Virus record (IMG/VR): IMGVR_UViG_3300032334_001019
Coordinates: 1-64,000 of that record
Length of the DNA stretch: 64,000 bases
Source of the DNA: a virus
Strand: one strand, 5' to 3'
Shown: positions 1 through 11,200 of the stretch, piece by piece
How positions within the stretch are numbered: the first letter of the stretch is position 1
Layout: the number at the start of each line of letters is the position of its first letter
Position numbers and translations under genes: made by a program
The notes under the pieces: generated by a model
Told to the model about the DNA's origin: nothing
What the model saw: the letters and a program-made list of their open reading frames with translations, nothing else
Databases searched by the model: none

Positions 1-1441
1 ACCACTAACTGATAGTTATAAACATTTTGGAACTAGAATGAGAATTATTGGCAAGATTGAAAATGATGCTAATCGTGGACAAACACCAGTAGGTGCATCA
101 ACTTACTTTATAGTTCCAGGAACAACTCCAGATAAAAATATTACTATTGCTGGTGGCTCAGGTGGGCTTGGGGTTATGCTTAATCCAGCAACAAACAATG
201 GATATTATTTTGAAATCATCGCCCTGGGTGCAAACAATTTAAATGATACTCAAAAAGATAATGTTAACAATATTATGTTTTATAAAATAAAGAACTCTGA
301 TACTGGTGCGGTACCAGTAAAGTTATGGGAAGGTCTTACTAACATTATTGTTGATGATGGAAAATTTACTGGACAATATAGAATGGCCTCTGAAGAAAAT
401 CCAACGGTATATGATTTATCTGTAGAGTATCAAAACATAGGTGCAAAGAGAAGATTCTTTCTTTATATAAATAACAACCTAGTTGCAACAGTAGATGATC
501 CTGAGCCACTTCCAGTTTACAATAATATGGCACTATTTGTTCGTGGATCATCAAGAGTGATGTTTGAAAATGTTTATGCTTTGACTAACAACTATACACA
601 AAACACATCATTTAAACTGGATACACCTGTTAACTCAGTATTTGGTGATTCAGAACTAAATGCTAATGACTCATTTAGAAAATATGCAATGAGTGGAATC
701 GTTCAGTCAACATATTTATCTGGTATTAGTTCTTATCAGCCACCAGAGCATAAGATGTATTTTGAAGAATTTGGAACAATAATGAGAGAGGCAGCATCAT
801 TTAATGTAAGATACGATAAAGCATATCCTGCCCTCTACGCAAAGATGTCTCCTACATTTAATAGAATTAAGGGATACACAGTCTCTGGGTTTAGGGCGGG
901 ATCTTATGGAGCAGAGTTCCTAATTTTTAATGCAACTGATACAGCATTAAGCCTTGATGAAACAAGTGGAAACTATTTAAGAATTCAAGGTATAACATTT
1001 ACACAGCAATCAAATAACGACTTGACGGTAGATGAATATTTTTCAAAGAATAGCGATTTCTCAGATCCACAATTTAACGGAACTACGCTTGTATCATATC
1101 CAAACAAAGTTGCAAAAGATTATGAGGATATCAAGTTAAGCAGAATGTCCTACGGTAAAAAGGATTTTAATCTACAGGTTGAATATATTCAAACACAGGA
1201 TGATGCAAATAATTTAATGTCTTGGATTATTAAGAAGATAATGAAGCCAAGAAAGTCTGCTGGTGTAAAAATCTTTGCAAACCCAATGATACAATTAGGA
1301 GATATTGTTACATTAGACTATGTTGAGCATGGTGTAGATATAATTGGAAGCACTGACTCAAGGTTTGTTGTTTATAATATTGAATATTCAAGAAATCAGT
1401 CTGGACCAGAAATGACAGTATTTTTAAGTGAGGTAGTGTAA
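1..1441 (+). CDS. Tail/baseplate structural protein, 5'-truncated by window
   Basis: Frame is open from the window start. C-terminal 'NPMIQLGDIVTL...FVVYNIEYS' resembles phage tail hub proteins, and neighbours are structural-type genes. Confidence 0.65.
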   Translation, partial: PLTDSYKHFGTRMRIIGKIENDANRGQTPVGASTYFIVPGTTPDKNITIAGGSGGLGVMLNPATNNGYYFEIIALGANNLNDTQKDNVNNIMFYKIKNSDTGAVPVKLWEGLTNIIVDDGKFTGQYRMASEENPTVYDLSVEYQNIGAKRRFFLYINNNLVATVDDPEPLPVYNNMALFVRGSSRVMFENVYALTNNYTQNTSFKLDTPVNSVFGDSELNANDSFRKYAMSGIVQSTYLSGISSYQPPEHKMYFEEFGTIMREAASFNVRYDKAYPALYAKMSPTFNRIKGYTVSGFRAGSYGAEFLIFNATDTALSLDETSGNYLRIQGITFTQQSNNDLTVDEYFSKNSDFSDPQFNGTTLVSYPNKVAKDYEDIKLSRMSYGKKDFNLQVEYIQTQDDANNLMSWIIKKIMKPRKSAGVKIFANPMIQLGDIVTLDYVEHGVDIIGSTDSRFVVYNIEYSRNQSGPEMTVFLSEVV

Positions 1442-1935
1442 TGGCAACAGACGCAATAGCAAATCAACCATTAGCAACATCTTCTACAGCATCGGCATCC
1501 TCAGTTAAAATTGCCACACCAGAACTAGTTGCATTAAGCAATAAGCCATTAGATATTGACATAATGGCAGACCTAATATTTGAAAATATTGGGGGGCAAG
1601 AATTAATAAACATAGCAAGAAATGATATTATTAATGGACAAGATGTGCTGTATAGCCCTATTACAAATATGCAAAATATATATCTGCAATATAATCCTAA
1701 TAATATAGTTAGACTTCAGGATACAGCGGATACATATTTTAAGAATTTTCCTATCAGATTTGAATCAAAGTCTCCAACAGTTGGAACTGGTCCCAATGGC
1801 GAGATAGTTTATATTGATTCAACTACTGGAGATCTTGTTATAAATGTTTATAATCTTGAGCCTGGAGAGCAGGTAGATGTCCAGATATTGAACTCTGGAG
1901 ACTTCCTTGATGGTACAATATATGGAGTGGAGTAA
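1441..1935 (+). CDS. Putative virion structural protein
   Basis: 164-aa ORF translationally coupled within the tail module. Confidence 0.55.
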   Translation: MATDAIANQPLATSSTASASSVKIATPELVALSNKPLDIDIMADLIFENIGGQELINIARNDIINGQDVLYSPITNMQNIYLQYNPNNIVRLQDTADTYFKNFPIRFESKSPTVGTGPNGEIVYIDSTTGDLVINVYNLEPGEQVDVQILNSGDFLDGTIYGVE

Positions 1936-1937
1936 TA

Positions 1938-3086
1938 ATGATAACTAATACTGGTAAAAATATTTTAGCAAAGTATCTTGTTGGGCAGGCACCAGCCTAC
2001 GCCTCATATATTGCTATTGGATGTGGAGCAACACCACTAGATACAACAGATACGCTTGGTGACTACTCAAGCAAAGATTCTTTAGATTTTGAAATGTTTC
2101 GTGTTCCAATCACATCTCGTGGATATGTTGTAGAGAATGGTCAGTCAAAGATTGTATTTACAGCAGAACTTCCAACAGAAGAAAGATACGAGATTACAGA
2201 AGTTGGACTGTGGTCCGCTGGCGCAAACCCAACAGCGGGAGCCTATGACAGTAAAACAATTTATTCATTTAGCACAAATGAAAACTGGGAAGACCATGTT
2301 ACAGATGAAACATCTTATCAGGTAGTATCTAAATATGGACCACTAGATGATAGCGATGCAGATAATATTATTAATGATATAACAGTAACAAGGGGTGGAT
2401 CTTCTGTTGTTACAAAAACATTTCAGACAAATGCAGATAATAAAATTTTTACAAATCAAGAAAGAGCATCAAGATATGAGCGTTGTCGATTTTTAAATAA
2501 CATAATGGTTATTCGTGGAGATCATGCAGATTTAGATGTTTCTGGAAATCATTTAGTTGTTAATAACTCAACATCAGATCACCTTCACCTTACTGGCGCT
2601 GCTTTAGATTTCAATAAAAACTCACCAACTGATGAATTGAAATTGGCATTTGCTGTTTTTAATAAAGACGGAGAGTCTAGTATTCAGCCAGATGAAGTTA
2701 GAATACTTCTTGAGTTTGCTTCATCAGATATACATGGAACAGGCCAATGGGCAAGATTTGAAGTAATCCTTGATGAGGTAGATTTTTCTACAAATAGATA
2801 TTTTGTTATAAAAAAGCAGTTGCAGGAACTATACAAGAGTTCTGCATTTACATGGAATGCAATAGATCTTGTAAAGTTTTATGTTACTGTAATAAAAAAT
2901 AATGAACCTAGCAGTGATTATTATGTTGGATTAGATGCCTTGAGGCTAGAAAATAAAACATCTGCTAACCCAATTTATGGACTTACTGGTTACTCTGTAA
3001 TTAAAAATACAGGTGCAGAAACAATTATAAAGTTTGCTAATACAACAAACCATATTGAGTTTAGATTTGGAATGGATGTTTTGTAA
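1938..3086 (+). CDS. Putative baseplate/tail protein
   Basis: N-terminal 'MITNTGKNILAKYL...YIAIGCG...ITEVGLW' typical of baseplate/tail-fibre attachment proteins. Confidence 0.6.
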   Translation: MITNTGKNILAKYLVGQAPAYASYIAIGCGATPLDTTDTLGDYSSKDSLDFEMFRVPITSRGYVVENGQSKIVFTAELPTEERYEITEVGLWSAGANPTAGAYDSKTIYSFSTNENWEDHVTDETSYQVVSKYGPLDDSDADNIINDITVTRGGSSVVTKTFQTNADNKIFTNQERASRYERCRFLNNIMVIRGDHADLDVSGNHLVVNNSTSDHLHLTGAALDFNKNSPTDELKLAFAVFNKDGESSIQPDEVRILLEFASSDIHGTGQWARFEVILDEVDFSTNRYFVIKKQLQELYKSSAFTWNAIDLVKFYVTVIKNNEPSSDYYVGLDALRLENKTSANPIYGLTGYSVIKNTGAETIIKFANTTNHIEFRFGMDVL

Positions 3087-3523
3087 TGGCTGATGCTGGT
3101 GTTAAAAAGGTAATTATTAAAAAAGAAGATCTTCCAGCATTTCATGGAAATACACAACAGTATTCTGTTAGATATAGGATAGTCTCTGAAGACAAGAACA
3201 GATATTCTCACTGGTCTCCATACTATTCAGTTGCTGCGCCAACTGCACCTACAACAGAGTATTCCGCTACTGTAACTAATAGCACTATTAATGTTGTTTG
3301 GTCAAAGCCAACGGGATCTGAAATAAAAAACTATTATGTTTATTTCAAGATAAATGGTGGTGCATGGACATATATTGCTGCAACAACATCTACTCAATTT
3401 TCAACACTACTACAAAACACTGTTTCCACTATACAGGTTGCCGTACAAGTTCCAACATATCCAAAGTCATACTTTGCATCAGCAGCATTATTTACCTCTC
3501 CAGAAATAGAAGTAATGGTATAA
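3086..3523 (+). CDS. Fibronectin type III-like virion protein
   Basis: 'YSHWSP', 'INVVWSKP...YYVYFK' FN3-like pattern. Confidence 0.55.
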   Translation: MADAGVKKVIIKKEDLPAFHGNTQQYSVRYRIVSEDKNRYSHWSPYYSVAAPTAPTTEYSATVTNSTINVVWSKPTGSEIKNYYVYFKINGGAWTYIAATTSTQFSTLLQNTVSTIQVAVQVPTYPKSYFASAALFTSPEIEVMV

Positions 3524-3533
3524 TAGAATAACT

Positions 3534-3977
3534 ATGGCAAAAATTCCACTTCCAGAAAGAGGTCAACCTCTAGATGTAACATATATTTCACAACTTGCTC
3601 AGGCAGTTAATGAAATCTCATCAGATGTATCTTCAGCAACATATAAGTATACATCTGTAGACACACCAACTGCTGGAAGACAAAATGTCAAATCCTCTGA
3701 GGCAAGAGTAATTGGTGGATATGTAAATGTTATTAATAGTGGATCAATTACAGCAGGCGAAGAAAAATCATTTGTTTATGATTTCTCTGGAGAATTTAAG
3801 TATGCTCCTGTAGCAACTGCAACACCAATTAACATTGGAAATACGGTTGCTGGAAAAAATGTAACAGTAGTTCTTAAAAGTATAACTACCTCTGGAGTTG
3901 AGGGTATTGTTAGATTTAATACATCTGGAGATGTATCAATTGCTGTTAACCTAATAGTTATCGGCATACCAAACTAA
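3534..3977 (+). CDS. Putative minor tail protein
   Basis: 147 aa, beta-rich C-terminus resembling tail-fibre distal domains. Confidence 0.45.
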   Translation: MAKIPLPERGQPLDVTYISQLAQAVNEISSDVSSATYKYTSVDTPTAGRQNVKSSEARVIGGYVNVINSGSITAGEEKSFVYDFSGEFKYAPVATATPINIGNTVAGKNVTVVLKSITTSGVEGIVRFNTSGDVSIAVNLIVIGIPN

Positions 3978-4168
3978 TGTTAAAATGTTTTAGATGCAAC
4001 GGTAGAATGTTTATTGATAGACAGTACAGTACCATCTCACACCTTGAGATATATTGTATGAAATGTGGCTCAAGAAGTTTCTTTCATCCGCCACAAGAAT
4101 CTATGGAGGGCGCATGGCTGTTAAAAAAGGAACTATTGCGAGTGAAGGCTACAATGTCCTCCCTGTAA
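3977..4168 (+). CDS. Small zinc-ribbon protein
   Basis: CxxC...CxxC (CFRC, CMKC). Confidence 0.55.
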   Translation: MLKCFRCNGRMFIDRQYSTISHLEIYCMKCGSRSFFHPPQESMEGAWLLKKELLRVKATMSSL

Positions 4169-4656
4169 TTACAGGCAATAAAAAAGTTTGGTTTCTTAAT
4201 GGAGACCTAGTTAGAATTCATCATCTAAATAAATCCAATGGAATTATGTCTGTTTATAATATTACAAAAGATCAAATTGAAAGTTGTTTAATTAATGATT
4301 TTAAAAAGAAAAGAGAACGAGCATATACAGTTGGAGAGACTGCTGATTTAGTTAATCGTCATAAAAAATATATGCCATCATTAATGAAGCGTGGTGTAAT
4401 ACCTTTTCCAATGGGTTCACAAAAAGGTGGTGCAAGAGGTTTTCGTGTAAGATCATATTACTCTGAATCACAAGTAAAAGAGATACGTGATATACTTGCT
4501 TCATATCATATGGGTAGACCACGCAAAGATAAATTAATAACAAATGATATTACGCCCAGCAAGCAAGAGTTGACAAGAAGAATGGGCGATGGTATACTTA
4601 CATATACGAGAACAGAAGATGGACGATTTATTCCAGTGTGGAGTGAATCTATTTAA
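4114..4656 (+). CDS. MerR-like HTH DNA-binding protein
   Basis: 'YTVGETADLVNRHKKYM...RSYYSESQV'; GGAGGG SD before ATG 4114. Confidence 0.6.
   Translation: MAVKKGTIASEGYNVLPVITGNKKVWFLNGDLVRIHHLNKSNGIMSVYNITKDQIESCLINDFKKKRERAYTVGETADLVNRHKKYMPSLMKRGVIPFPMGSQKGGARGFRVRSYYSESQVKEIRDILASYHMGRPRKDKLITNDITPSKQELTRRMGDGILTYTRTEDGRFIPVWSESI
4570..4598 (+). promoter_or_regulatory. Sigma-70/HrdB-type promoter for the replication operon
   Basis: TTGACA-17 nt-TATACT with extended TG. Confidence 0.65.
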
Positions 4657-4669
4657 CGAAGGGTATGAA

Positions 4670-4876
4670 ATGCAAAACGAAGAAACAAAGGTATCTGTTA
4701 CACTTGGATACACGCTTAATCTTGGTAACTTTCAATCACTAAGACTTGATCTTGGTATTATTGATAGTAAGCGTGACGGAGAAAATACAAACGATGCATT
4801 TGAGCGTGTGTATAAGTTTGTTGAAGATAAGTTAACTGAAAAGATTAACGAAGCAAAGGCTGAGATTAACGAATAA
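4670..4876 (+). CDS. Conserved phage hypothetical protein
   Basis: 'VSVTLGYTLNLGNFQSLRLD' small protein preceding the helicase. Confidence 0.6.
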   Translation: MQNEETKVSVTLGYTLNLGNFQSLRLDLGIIDSKRDGENTNDAFERVYKFVEDKLTEKINEAKAEINE

Positions 4877-5184
4877 TGGCAGAACGCAAAGACCGCATGG
4901 CTTTGCTTTCAAGATACAGCAAGTATCACACCGCAAGGTATGAATCAAAGCCATCTCTAAACTTAAATGTTGAGCAGTGGGCATCTGATGCCCTTGTTGA
5001 ATCATACACATTGCCAGGATGCTACGATATACTTGAATATTACTTTTCAGTTGCAGAGAATCCTTCGTGGAACTACTTTGCATACAATGCAGAAAAAATA
5101 TTGCAGGCACAAAAAGATAAGAAGAAGGATGATGAAGAAAGAGCAGAACGTAGACGAATGGCAAAGGAGTGGCTAAGTGAATAA
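4876..5184 (+). CDS. Hypothetical replication-associated protein
   Basis: Coupled ORF directly upstream of the helicase. Confidence 0.55.
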   Translation: MAERKDRMALLSRYSKYHTARYESKPSLNLNVEQWASDALVESYTLPGCYDILEYYFSVAENPSWNYFAYNAEKILQAQKDKKKDDEERAERRRMAKEWLSE

Positions 5185-6397
5185 TACAGAAGCAAAGGTA
5201 ATCTCAGCAGTCCTTAATGATAAGCAGGTCCATGTTCTACTTCAGGCAAACATCGATAACCTACTAAGAACCCATAACGATGTCTGGGAGTTTATTAGAA
5301 ATTACTTTGAGCATAATAGTGCTGTTCCACCAATGAATCTAGTCATTGATAAATTTAGAGATTTTCAACCAGTCGATGGAGTTGGTGCAACAAAGCATCA
5401 CCTTGAAGAATTACAAACAGAATATTTAACTGATAGCCTTAAGGATATCTTACGGTCTGCTGCAGGAGTTGTTCAGCAGGGTGAAGGCAATAAAGCACTA
5501 GAAGATCTTATCACCCAGACTTCAGAACTAAAAAAGAATACATCTGCAATTCGTGATATTGATGTAACAGATTTAGAATCAGCCATTGCATACTTTGAAA
5601 ATCTTAAGGTGCAACAGGCAGCAGGCCATGTTGGAATTAAAACCAATCTGCCAGGGTTTGATAATTATCTTCCTTCTGGAATTATGCCAGGGCAGTTAGG
5701 AGTCTTTCTAGCATATCCAGGTATCGGAAAGTCATGGATGGCTCTATACTTTGCTGTACAGGCCTGGAAACAAGGCAAGACACCACTTGTAATCTCCCTT
5801 GAAATGAGTGAGACAGAAGTTCGTAACCGTGTATTTACCATTATGGGTGAGGGTCTTTGGTCTCATAGAAAGTTATCAAACGGAGATGTTGAACTTGATA
5901 CATTAAAGGCTTGGCATGCAAAGCATCTGCAAGGCAAACCAGAATTTCACATTATCTCTAATGATCAAGGTGGAGAGATTAACCCATCCGTTCTTCGTGG
6001 AAAAATCGATCAGTATAAGCCAGATTTTGTAATCGTTGACTACCTTCAGTTAATGTCACCAAACCAAAAGTCAGATAATGAAACTGTGCGAATGAAGAAC
6101 CTTTCACGAGAACTCAAACTAATGGCTATTGGTGAAGAAGTCCCAATCATTGCTATTTCATCAGCAACACCTGATGACGCTAATGATTTAACAAGCGTTC
6201 CAACACTTGGTCAAACATCTTGGTCTAGACAGATTGCCTACGATGCTGACTGGGTTATTGCACTAGGCCGTGCACAAAATAGCGATGTCATTGAGTGTGC
6301 CTTTAGAAAGAACCGTAACGGATTTATGGGTGATTTCCTTGTTCAAGTTGACTTTGACAAGGGATATTACAGATATAAAGATTTTGAAGATAAGTAG
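5177..6397 (+). CDS. dnaB: DnaB-like replicative helicase
   Basis: Walker A AYPGIGKS, 'SLEMS', 'IVDYLQLM', 'KNRNG'. Confidence 0.93.
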   Translation: MNNTEAKVISAVLNDKQVHVLLQANIDNLLRTHNDVWEFIRNYFEHNSAVPPMNLVIDKFRDFQPVDGVGATKHHLEELQTEYLTDSLKDILRSAAGVVQQGEGNKALEDLITQTSELKKNTSAIRDIDVTDLESAIAYFENLKVQQAAGHVGIKTNLPGFDNYLPSGIMPGQLGVFLAYPGIGKSWMALYFAVQAWKQGKTPLVISLEMSETEVRNRVFTIMGEGLWSHRKLSNGDVELDTLKAWHAKHLQGKPEFHIISNDQGGEINPSVLRGKIDQYKPDFVIVDYLQLMSPNQKSDNETVRMKNLSRELKLMAIGEEVPIIAISSATPDDANDLTSVPTLGQTSWSRQIAYDADWVIALGRAQNSDVIECAFRKNRNGFMGDFLVQVDFDKGYYRYKDFEDK

Positions 6398-6411
6398 GTA
6401 TAATATGTTAC

Positions 6412-6738
6412 ATGGCGAACTATCACCACAAGCCTATCAAGAAGTTCAATTTGAGCGGAGTTATCCACGATGAATCTGCACTTGGTAGACTTAAAATGGA
6501 ATATATTAGACTCCTTGAGTCTGAGATGCGCCTGTCTGGATATGTTCCAAGGCTTGACATTGTTCCAGATTTTACGGTAGACTATAACGAGAAGAAAAAA
6601 TATTTTGAATTTGAATTAACAGTACATGGTATACATACAGGGAGAAAACAGAGCGAATGGATAGAGGGAATAGACGGTACCAAAGCAATCTATACACAAA
6701 AGAGCAAATCAAAAGAGTCCTTACGGGAACAGGTGTAA
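6412..6738 (+). CDS. Hypothetical protein
   Basis: 108-aa ORF between helicase and primase, with a TATAAT -10 just upstream. Confidence 0.6.
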   Translation: MANYHHKPIKKFNLSGVIHDESALGRLKMEYIRLLESEMRLSGYVPRLDIVPDFTVDYNEKKKYFEFELTVHGIHTGRKQSEWIEGIDGTKAIYTQKSKSKESLREQV

Positions 6739-7601
6739 CGATTGAGTCTGAGATTGATTCAGACTATATAATTTTTTGTCCATACCATAATAATAATAGA
6801 ACCCCTGCAGGAGAAATAGATAAGTTTAATGGAACATTTTTTTGCTTTTCTTGTCAGAAAGTTGCAGACCTAGTAGAGTTTACAATGCATATGTCTGGTC
6901 GTACATATTTTGAGTCCATAAGATTTATTAAAAGCAAAGAAACAGAATCTGATATTACAAAAGAAGTCAATAAACAATTATTTGAAAAGCCTGAGTTTGT
7001 TCCATTCGATGAATTAATTTTAAAAAGACTTAACAATAATCTTAACACATCAGAAAGAGCAAAGGATTATTTTACTTATAGAAAAATATCCTTAGCATCT
7101 TGGTCAAAGTTTTCTTTAGGGTATTCAGAAAAACAAGATATGGTTACTGTGCCAGTTCATAGTCCAGATGGAATGCCAGTAGGATTTGTTGGTAGATCAA
7201 TTGAGGGCAAAGAATTTAAAAATACTCCAGGTCTTCCAAAAGCAAAGACTTTATTTAATTTGTACAGAGTAAAGACAGCAGACAAGGTTTATGTAGTGGA
7301 ATCATCATTTGATGCTATCCGCTTAGATCAAGTAGGCTTTCCAGCAGTTGCAACGCTTGGTGCTAATGTATCAAACACACAGATAGAATTGCTTCAAAAG
7401 TATTTCAATAACATTATAGTTATTGCAGATAATGATGAAGCGGGAGGAAACATGAAAACTAAGATAATTGAAAAACTTGGTTCTCGTGTGTCCGTTATAA
7501 AACTAAATAAACAATACAAAGATATAGGCGATATGGACGATAAGTCAATTCAAGAACTGGACTTTCAGTTTGACAAATCAATACAGTCTATGCTAAACTA
7601 A
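6657..7601 (+). CDS. dnaG: DNA primase
   Basis: CHC2 zinc finger (CPYH...CFSC), TOPRIM 'VVESSFD' and 'DNDEAG'. Confidence 0.92.
   Translation: MDRGNRRYQSNLYTKEQIKRVLTGTGVTIESEIDSDYIIFCPYHNNNRTPAGEIDKFNGTFFCFSCQKVADLVEFTMHMSGRTYFESIRFIKSKETESDITKEVNKQLFEKPEFVPFDELILKRLNNNLNTSERAKDYFTYRKISLASWSKFSLGYSEKQDMVTVPVHSPDGMPVGFVGRSIEGKEFKNTPGLPKAKTLFNLYRVKTADKVYVVESSFDAIRLDQVGFPAVATLGANVSNTQIELLQKYFNNIIVIADNDEAGGNMKTKIIEKLGSRVSVIKLNKQYKDIGDMDDKSIQELDFQFDKSIQSMLN
7570..7599 (+). promoter_or_regulatory. Promoter for ssb-dnaE-recA
   Basis: TTGACA-18 nt-TAAACT with TG. Confidence 0.55.
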
Positions 7602-7623
7602 TATAAAGAACAAGGAGAAACAA

Positions 7624-8277
7624 ATGAGCGTAATTAAAGGACTAAAAGAAATCAATGCACTACTTGACAAGCCAAAGTTTGAAAGCACTGGGCAAAAGGT
7701 TAAGTGGGTAAAGTTGGCTGATGGACAATCAGCAAAGATCCGTTTCGTTGAGGAACTAGATCAAGATTCAGCAAACTACTCAGATGCTCGTGGGCTATCT
7801 GTTGTAGTTGCAGAACACACTAATCCAAAGGATTATAAGCGCAAGGCTGCATGTACACAAGAATCAGAAGGTCGTTGCTTTGGTTGTGAGATGGATCGCA
7901 AGGAACCAAAGAGTGGCTGGAGAGCACGTATGCGTTTTTATTGCAACGTACTAATTAATGATGGTACAGAAGACCCATACATTGCTGTATGGTCACAGGG
8001 TATCTCAAAGCAATCAGCATTCAATAACATTCGTGAGTATGCACTTGATACAGGTAGCATCTCAAACCTTGAGTGGAAGTTAAAGCGTAATGGTCAGGGA
8101 ACTGAAACTAGTTACACTCTTCTTCCAAGCAAGCCAGACTCAGAGCCATTCAATTGGGATGGTTTTGAATTTTTCAACCTAGAAAAGGTTGTTCGTGAAG
8201 TTGTGTATCCAGAGCAAGAAGCATTCTACTTTGGATTCGATACACCTTCTGTTACCAGCACAAACATCGACTGGTAA
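7624..8277 (+). CDS. gp32-like single-stranded DNA-binding protein
   Basis: Zn motif (H...C-x6-CxxC), 'KRNGQGTETSY', acidic-aromatic C-terminus, AAGGAG SD. Confidence 0.75.
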   Translation: MSVIKGLKEINALLDKPKFESTGQKVKWVKLADGQSAKIRFVEELDQDSANYSDARGLSVVVAEHTNPKDYKRKAACTQESEGRCFGCEMDRKEPKSGWRARMRFYCNVLINDGTEDPYIAVWSQGISKQSAFNNIREYALDTGSISNLEWKLKRNGQGTETSYTLLPSKPDSEPFNWDGFEFFNLEKVVREVVYPEQEAFYFGFDTPSVTSTNIDW

Positions 8278-8280
8278 TAG

Positions 8281-11200
8281 ATGAATTACGTAGGCTTACA
8301 CGTACATACCCACTATTCCCTCTTTGACGGAATCGCTACTCCAGAAGAATACGTTGACCGTGCAGTTGAGTTAGGGATGCCAGCAATTGCCATCACTGAC
8401 CACGGTACTTTATCTGGGCATAGGGAACTGCACCGTATTGCAAAAGCGAAGGGTATTAAGCCTATACTTGGCGTAGAAGGCTATATGTGTCAAGATAGAT
8501 TCGACACTAGAGATAAGTCTGAAAGAGACGGAGATCTAGATTTAGTCTATAACCATATAGTTCTTCTCGCCAAGAACCAAATTGGGTTGGAAAACCTAAA
8601 TAAAATTAGCGAGATATCTTGGACAGAAGGATATTTCAAGAAGCCACGTTTTGACTTTGAGATTCTTGAAAAGTATTCAGAGGGTATTATTGTTACCTCT
8701 GCTTGTCCAAGTAGCGTACTTGTGAAAGCACTTGAGAACAATGAGTTTGCTGTAGCAAAGAAGTACATTGAATGGTTTAAGCGTGTATTCAATGATGACT
8801 ACTATGTAGAGGTTATGCCACACAATCCCGCAGAAATTAACAAGCAGTTGATTGCATTGGCAGATGAGTTTAAGGTAAAAATTGTTGTAACGCCTGACTG
8901 TCACCATAGTCACACAGATCAAAAAGAAATTCAAGAATTTAAGTTACTTCTAAACACACATGTTAAGATTGATAAAGAACACACATTTGAAAAGTCTAAG
9001 AAGCAACCAGACATGATGAAGCGCCTTGACTATTTGTATGGTGAAGATAGACAAATTACATTTAATAAGTTTGACATCCATCTACTTTCTTATGAAGAGA
9101 TGAAGTCTGCCATGGAAGCACAAGGCATTGACCGTCCAGATATTTATGCAAACACATTAGAGATTTCAAACAAGGTAACTGATTATGGAATTCAAGAAGG
9201 ACTAGATCTTCTTCCAGCACAGTATAAGAATCCAGATAAAGAATTAAAAGAGTTAGCACTTGCAGGTCTTATTGAAAGAGGAATTGAAGATAGACAAGAT
9301 TACCTAGATAGACTTGATGAAGAGTTGAAGGTAATTAAAGATAAGAAGTTTGCACCATACTTTCTTGTAGTACGAAACATGATTGCTTGGGCAAAGAAGG
9401 AAGGCATTATGGTAGGTCCTGGTCGTGGATCTGCAGCAGGTTCTTTACTTTGTTATGCTTTAAGTATTACAGACATTGATCCAATTAAGCATGGTCTACT
9501 CTTCTTTAGATTTATCAATCCAGATAGAAATGACTTTCCAGATATTGATACAGATATTCAAGACTCTCGTCGTGAAGAGGTAAAGGACTATCTTGTTAGA
9601 CAATATCGACATGTTGCATCTATTGCTACATTTCTTTCATTTAAAGATAAGGGTGTTGTACGAGATGTTGCACGAGTATTAAATATACCATTGACAGATG
9701 TAAACAAAGTATTGAAGTTGGTTGATACTTGGGATGACTTCTGTACATCAAAATCAACACGGGAATTCCGTGAGAAATATCCAGAGGTAGAAATATATGG
9801 TGAACAACTTCGTGGTCGTATTAGAGGTACTGGCATTCACGCTGCTGGTGTTGTCACTAGTAAAGATCCTATTTTTAGATACGCACCAATGGAGACACGT
9901 TCTTCTACTGGTAGTGATGAGCGTATCCCTGTTGTTGCGGTGGACATGGAAGAGGCTGAGAAGATTGGTCTAATTAAGATTGATGCTCTTGGATTAAAAA
10001 CTTTGTCTGTATTAAAAGATACACTTGATATTATTAAGGAGAGAGAAAGTAAAAAGATTGACCTTCTAAAAATTAATATGGATGATGCTAATGTTTATCA
10101 AATGCTATCTGATGGATATACAAAGGGTGTGTTTCAGTGTGAAGCAACACCATACACAAATCTTTTGGTAAAAATGGGTGTAAAGAATCTTGCAGAACTT
10201 GCAGCATCTAATGCTCTTGTTCGCCCAGGTGCTATGAATACAATTGGAAAAGATTATATTTCTATTAAGCATGGTCGTCAAAATCCAAATTATAAGCACC
10301 AAGTTATTAAATCATTTACGGAGGAAACATATGGTTGTATTCTTTACCAGGAACAAGTTATGCAAGCATGCGTACAACTTGGCGGTATGTCCATGTCGGA
10401 AGCAGATAAAGTTAGAAAGATCATTGGAAAGAAAAAAGATGCTAAAGAGTTTGACATTTTCAAGGATAAGTTCGTTGCTGGTGCGTCTGCTTACATATCT
10501 CCTAATGATGCTAAGGATCTATGGCATGATTTTGAAGCACATGCTGGTTACTCATTTAACAAGAGTCACGCAGTTGCTTACTCAACTCTTTCATATTGGA
10601 CGGCATGGCTAAAGTACCACTACCCACTTGAGTTTATGTATTCTTTACTTAAAAATGAAAAAGATAAAGATGCAAGAACAGAGTATCTGATTGAAGCAAA
10701 AAGAATGGGGATTAGTATTAAACTTCCTCATATCAATGATTCAGATATTGATTTTAAGATTGAAGGTAAGGGTATTCGATTTGGTCTATCAGGTATTAAG
10801 TATATCTCAGATAAGATTGCTGAAAGATATATGTCTGCAAGACCATTTAATTCATACAAACAGTTAGAAGAGTTTACCTTTACAAAAGGCAATGGGGTTA
10901 ACAGTCGTGCACTACAAGCCTTAAGAATTACTGGTGCAGCAACATTTAACGATAACCCAAGAAATGATCAGGAGATTAAAGAAAATTTATATGAATACTT
11001 AAATTTGCCAGAGTTTAATTTAACAGTACCATCTCACTATCATGCTTTTATTACATCAGCAGAAGATTATGAAGAAAAAGGTTCTTTTGTTCTCATGGGG
11101 ATGGTCAAAAGTATTAAAAGAGCAAAGGGTTGGTCAAGAGTAGAATTACTAGATAAAACAGGAAGCGTAGGTATCTTTGATGACGAACAAACAACTATTG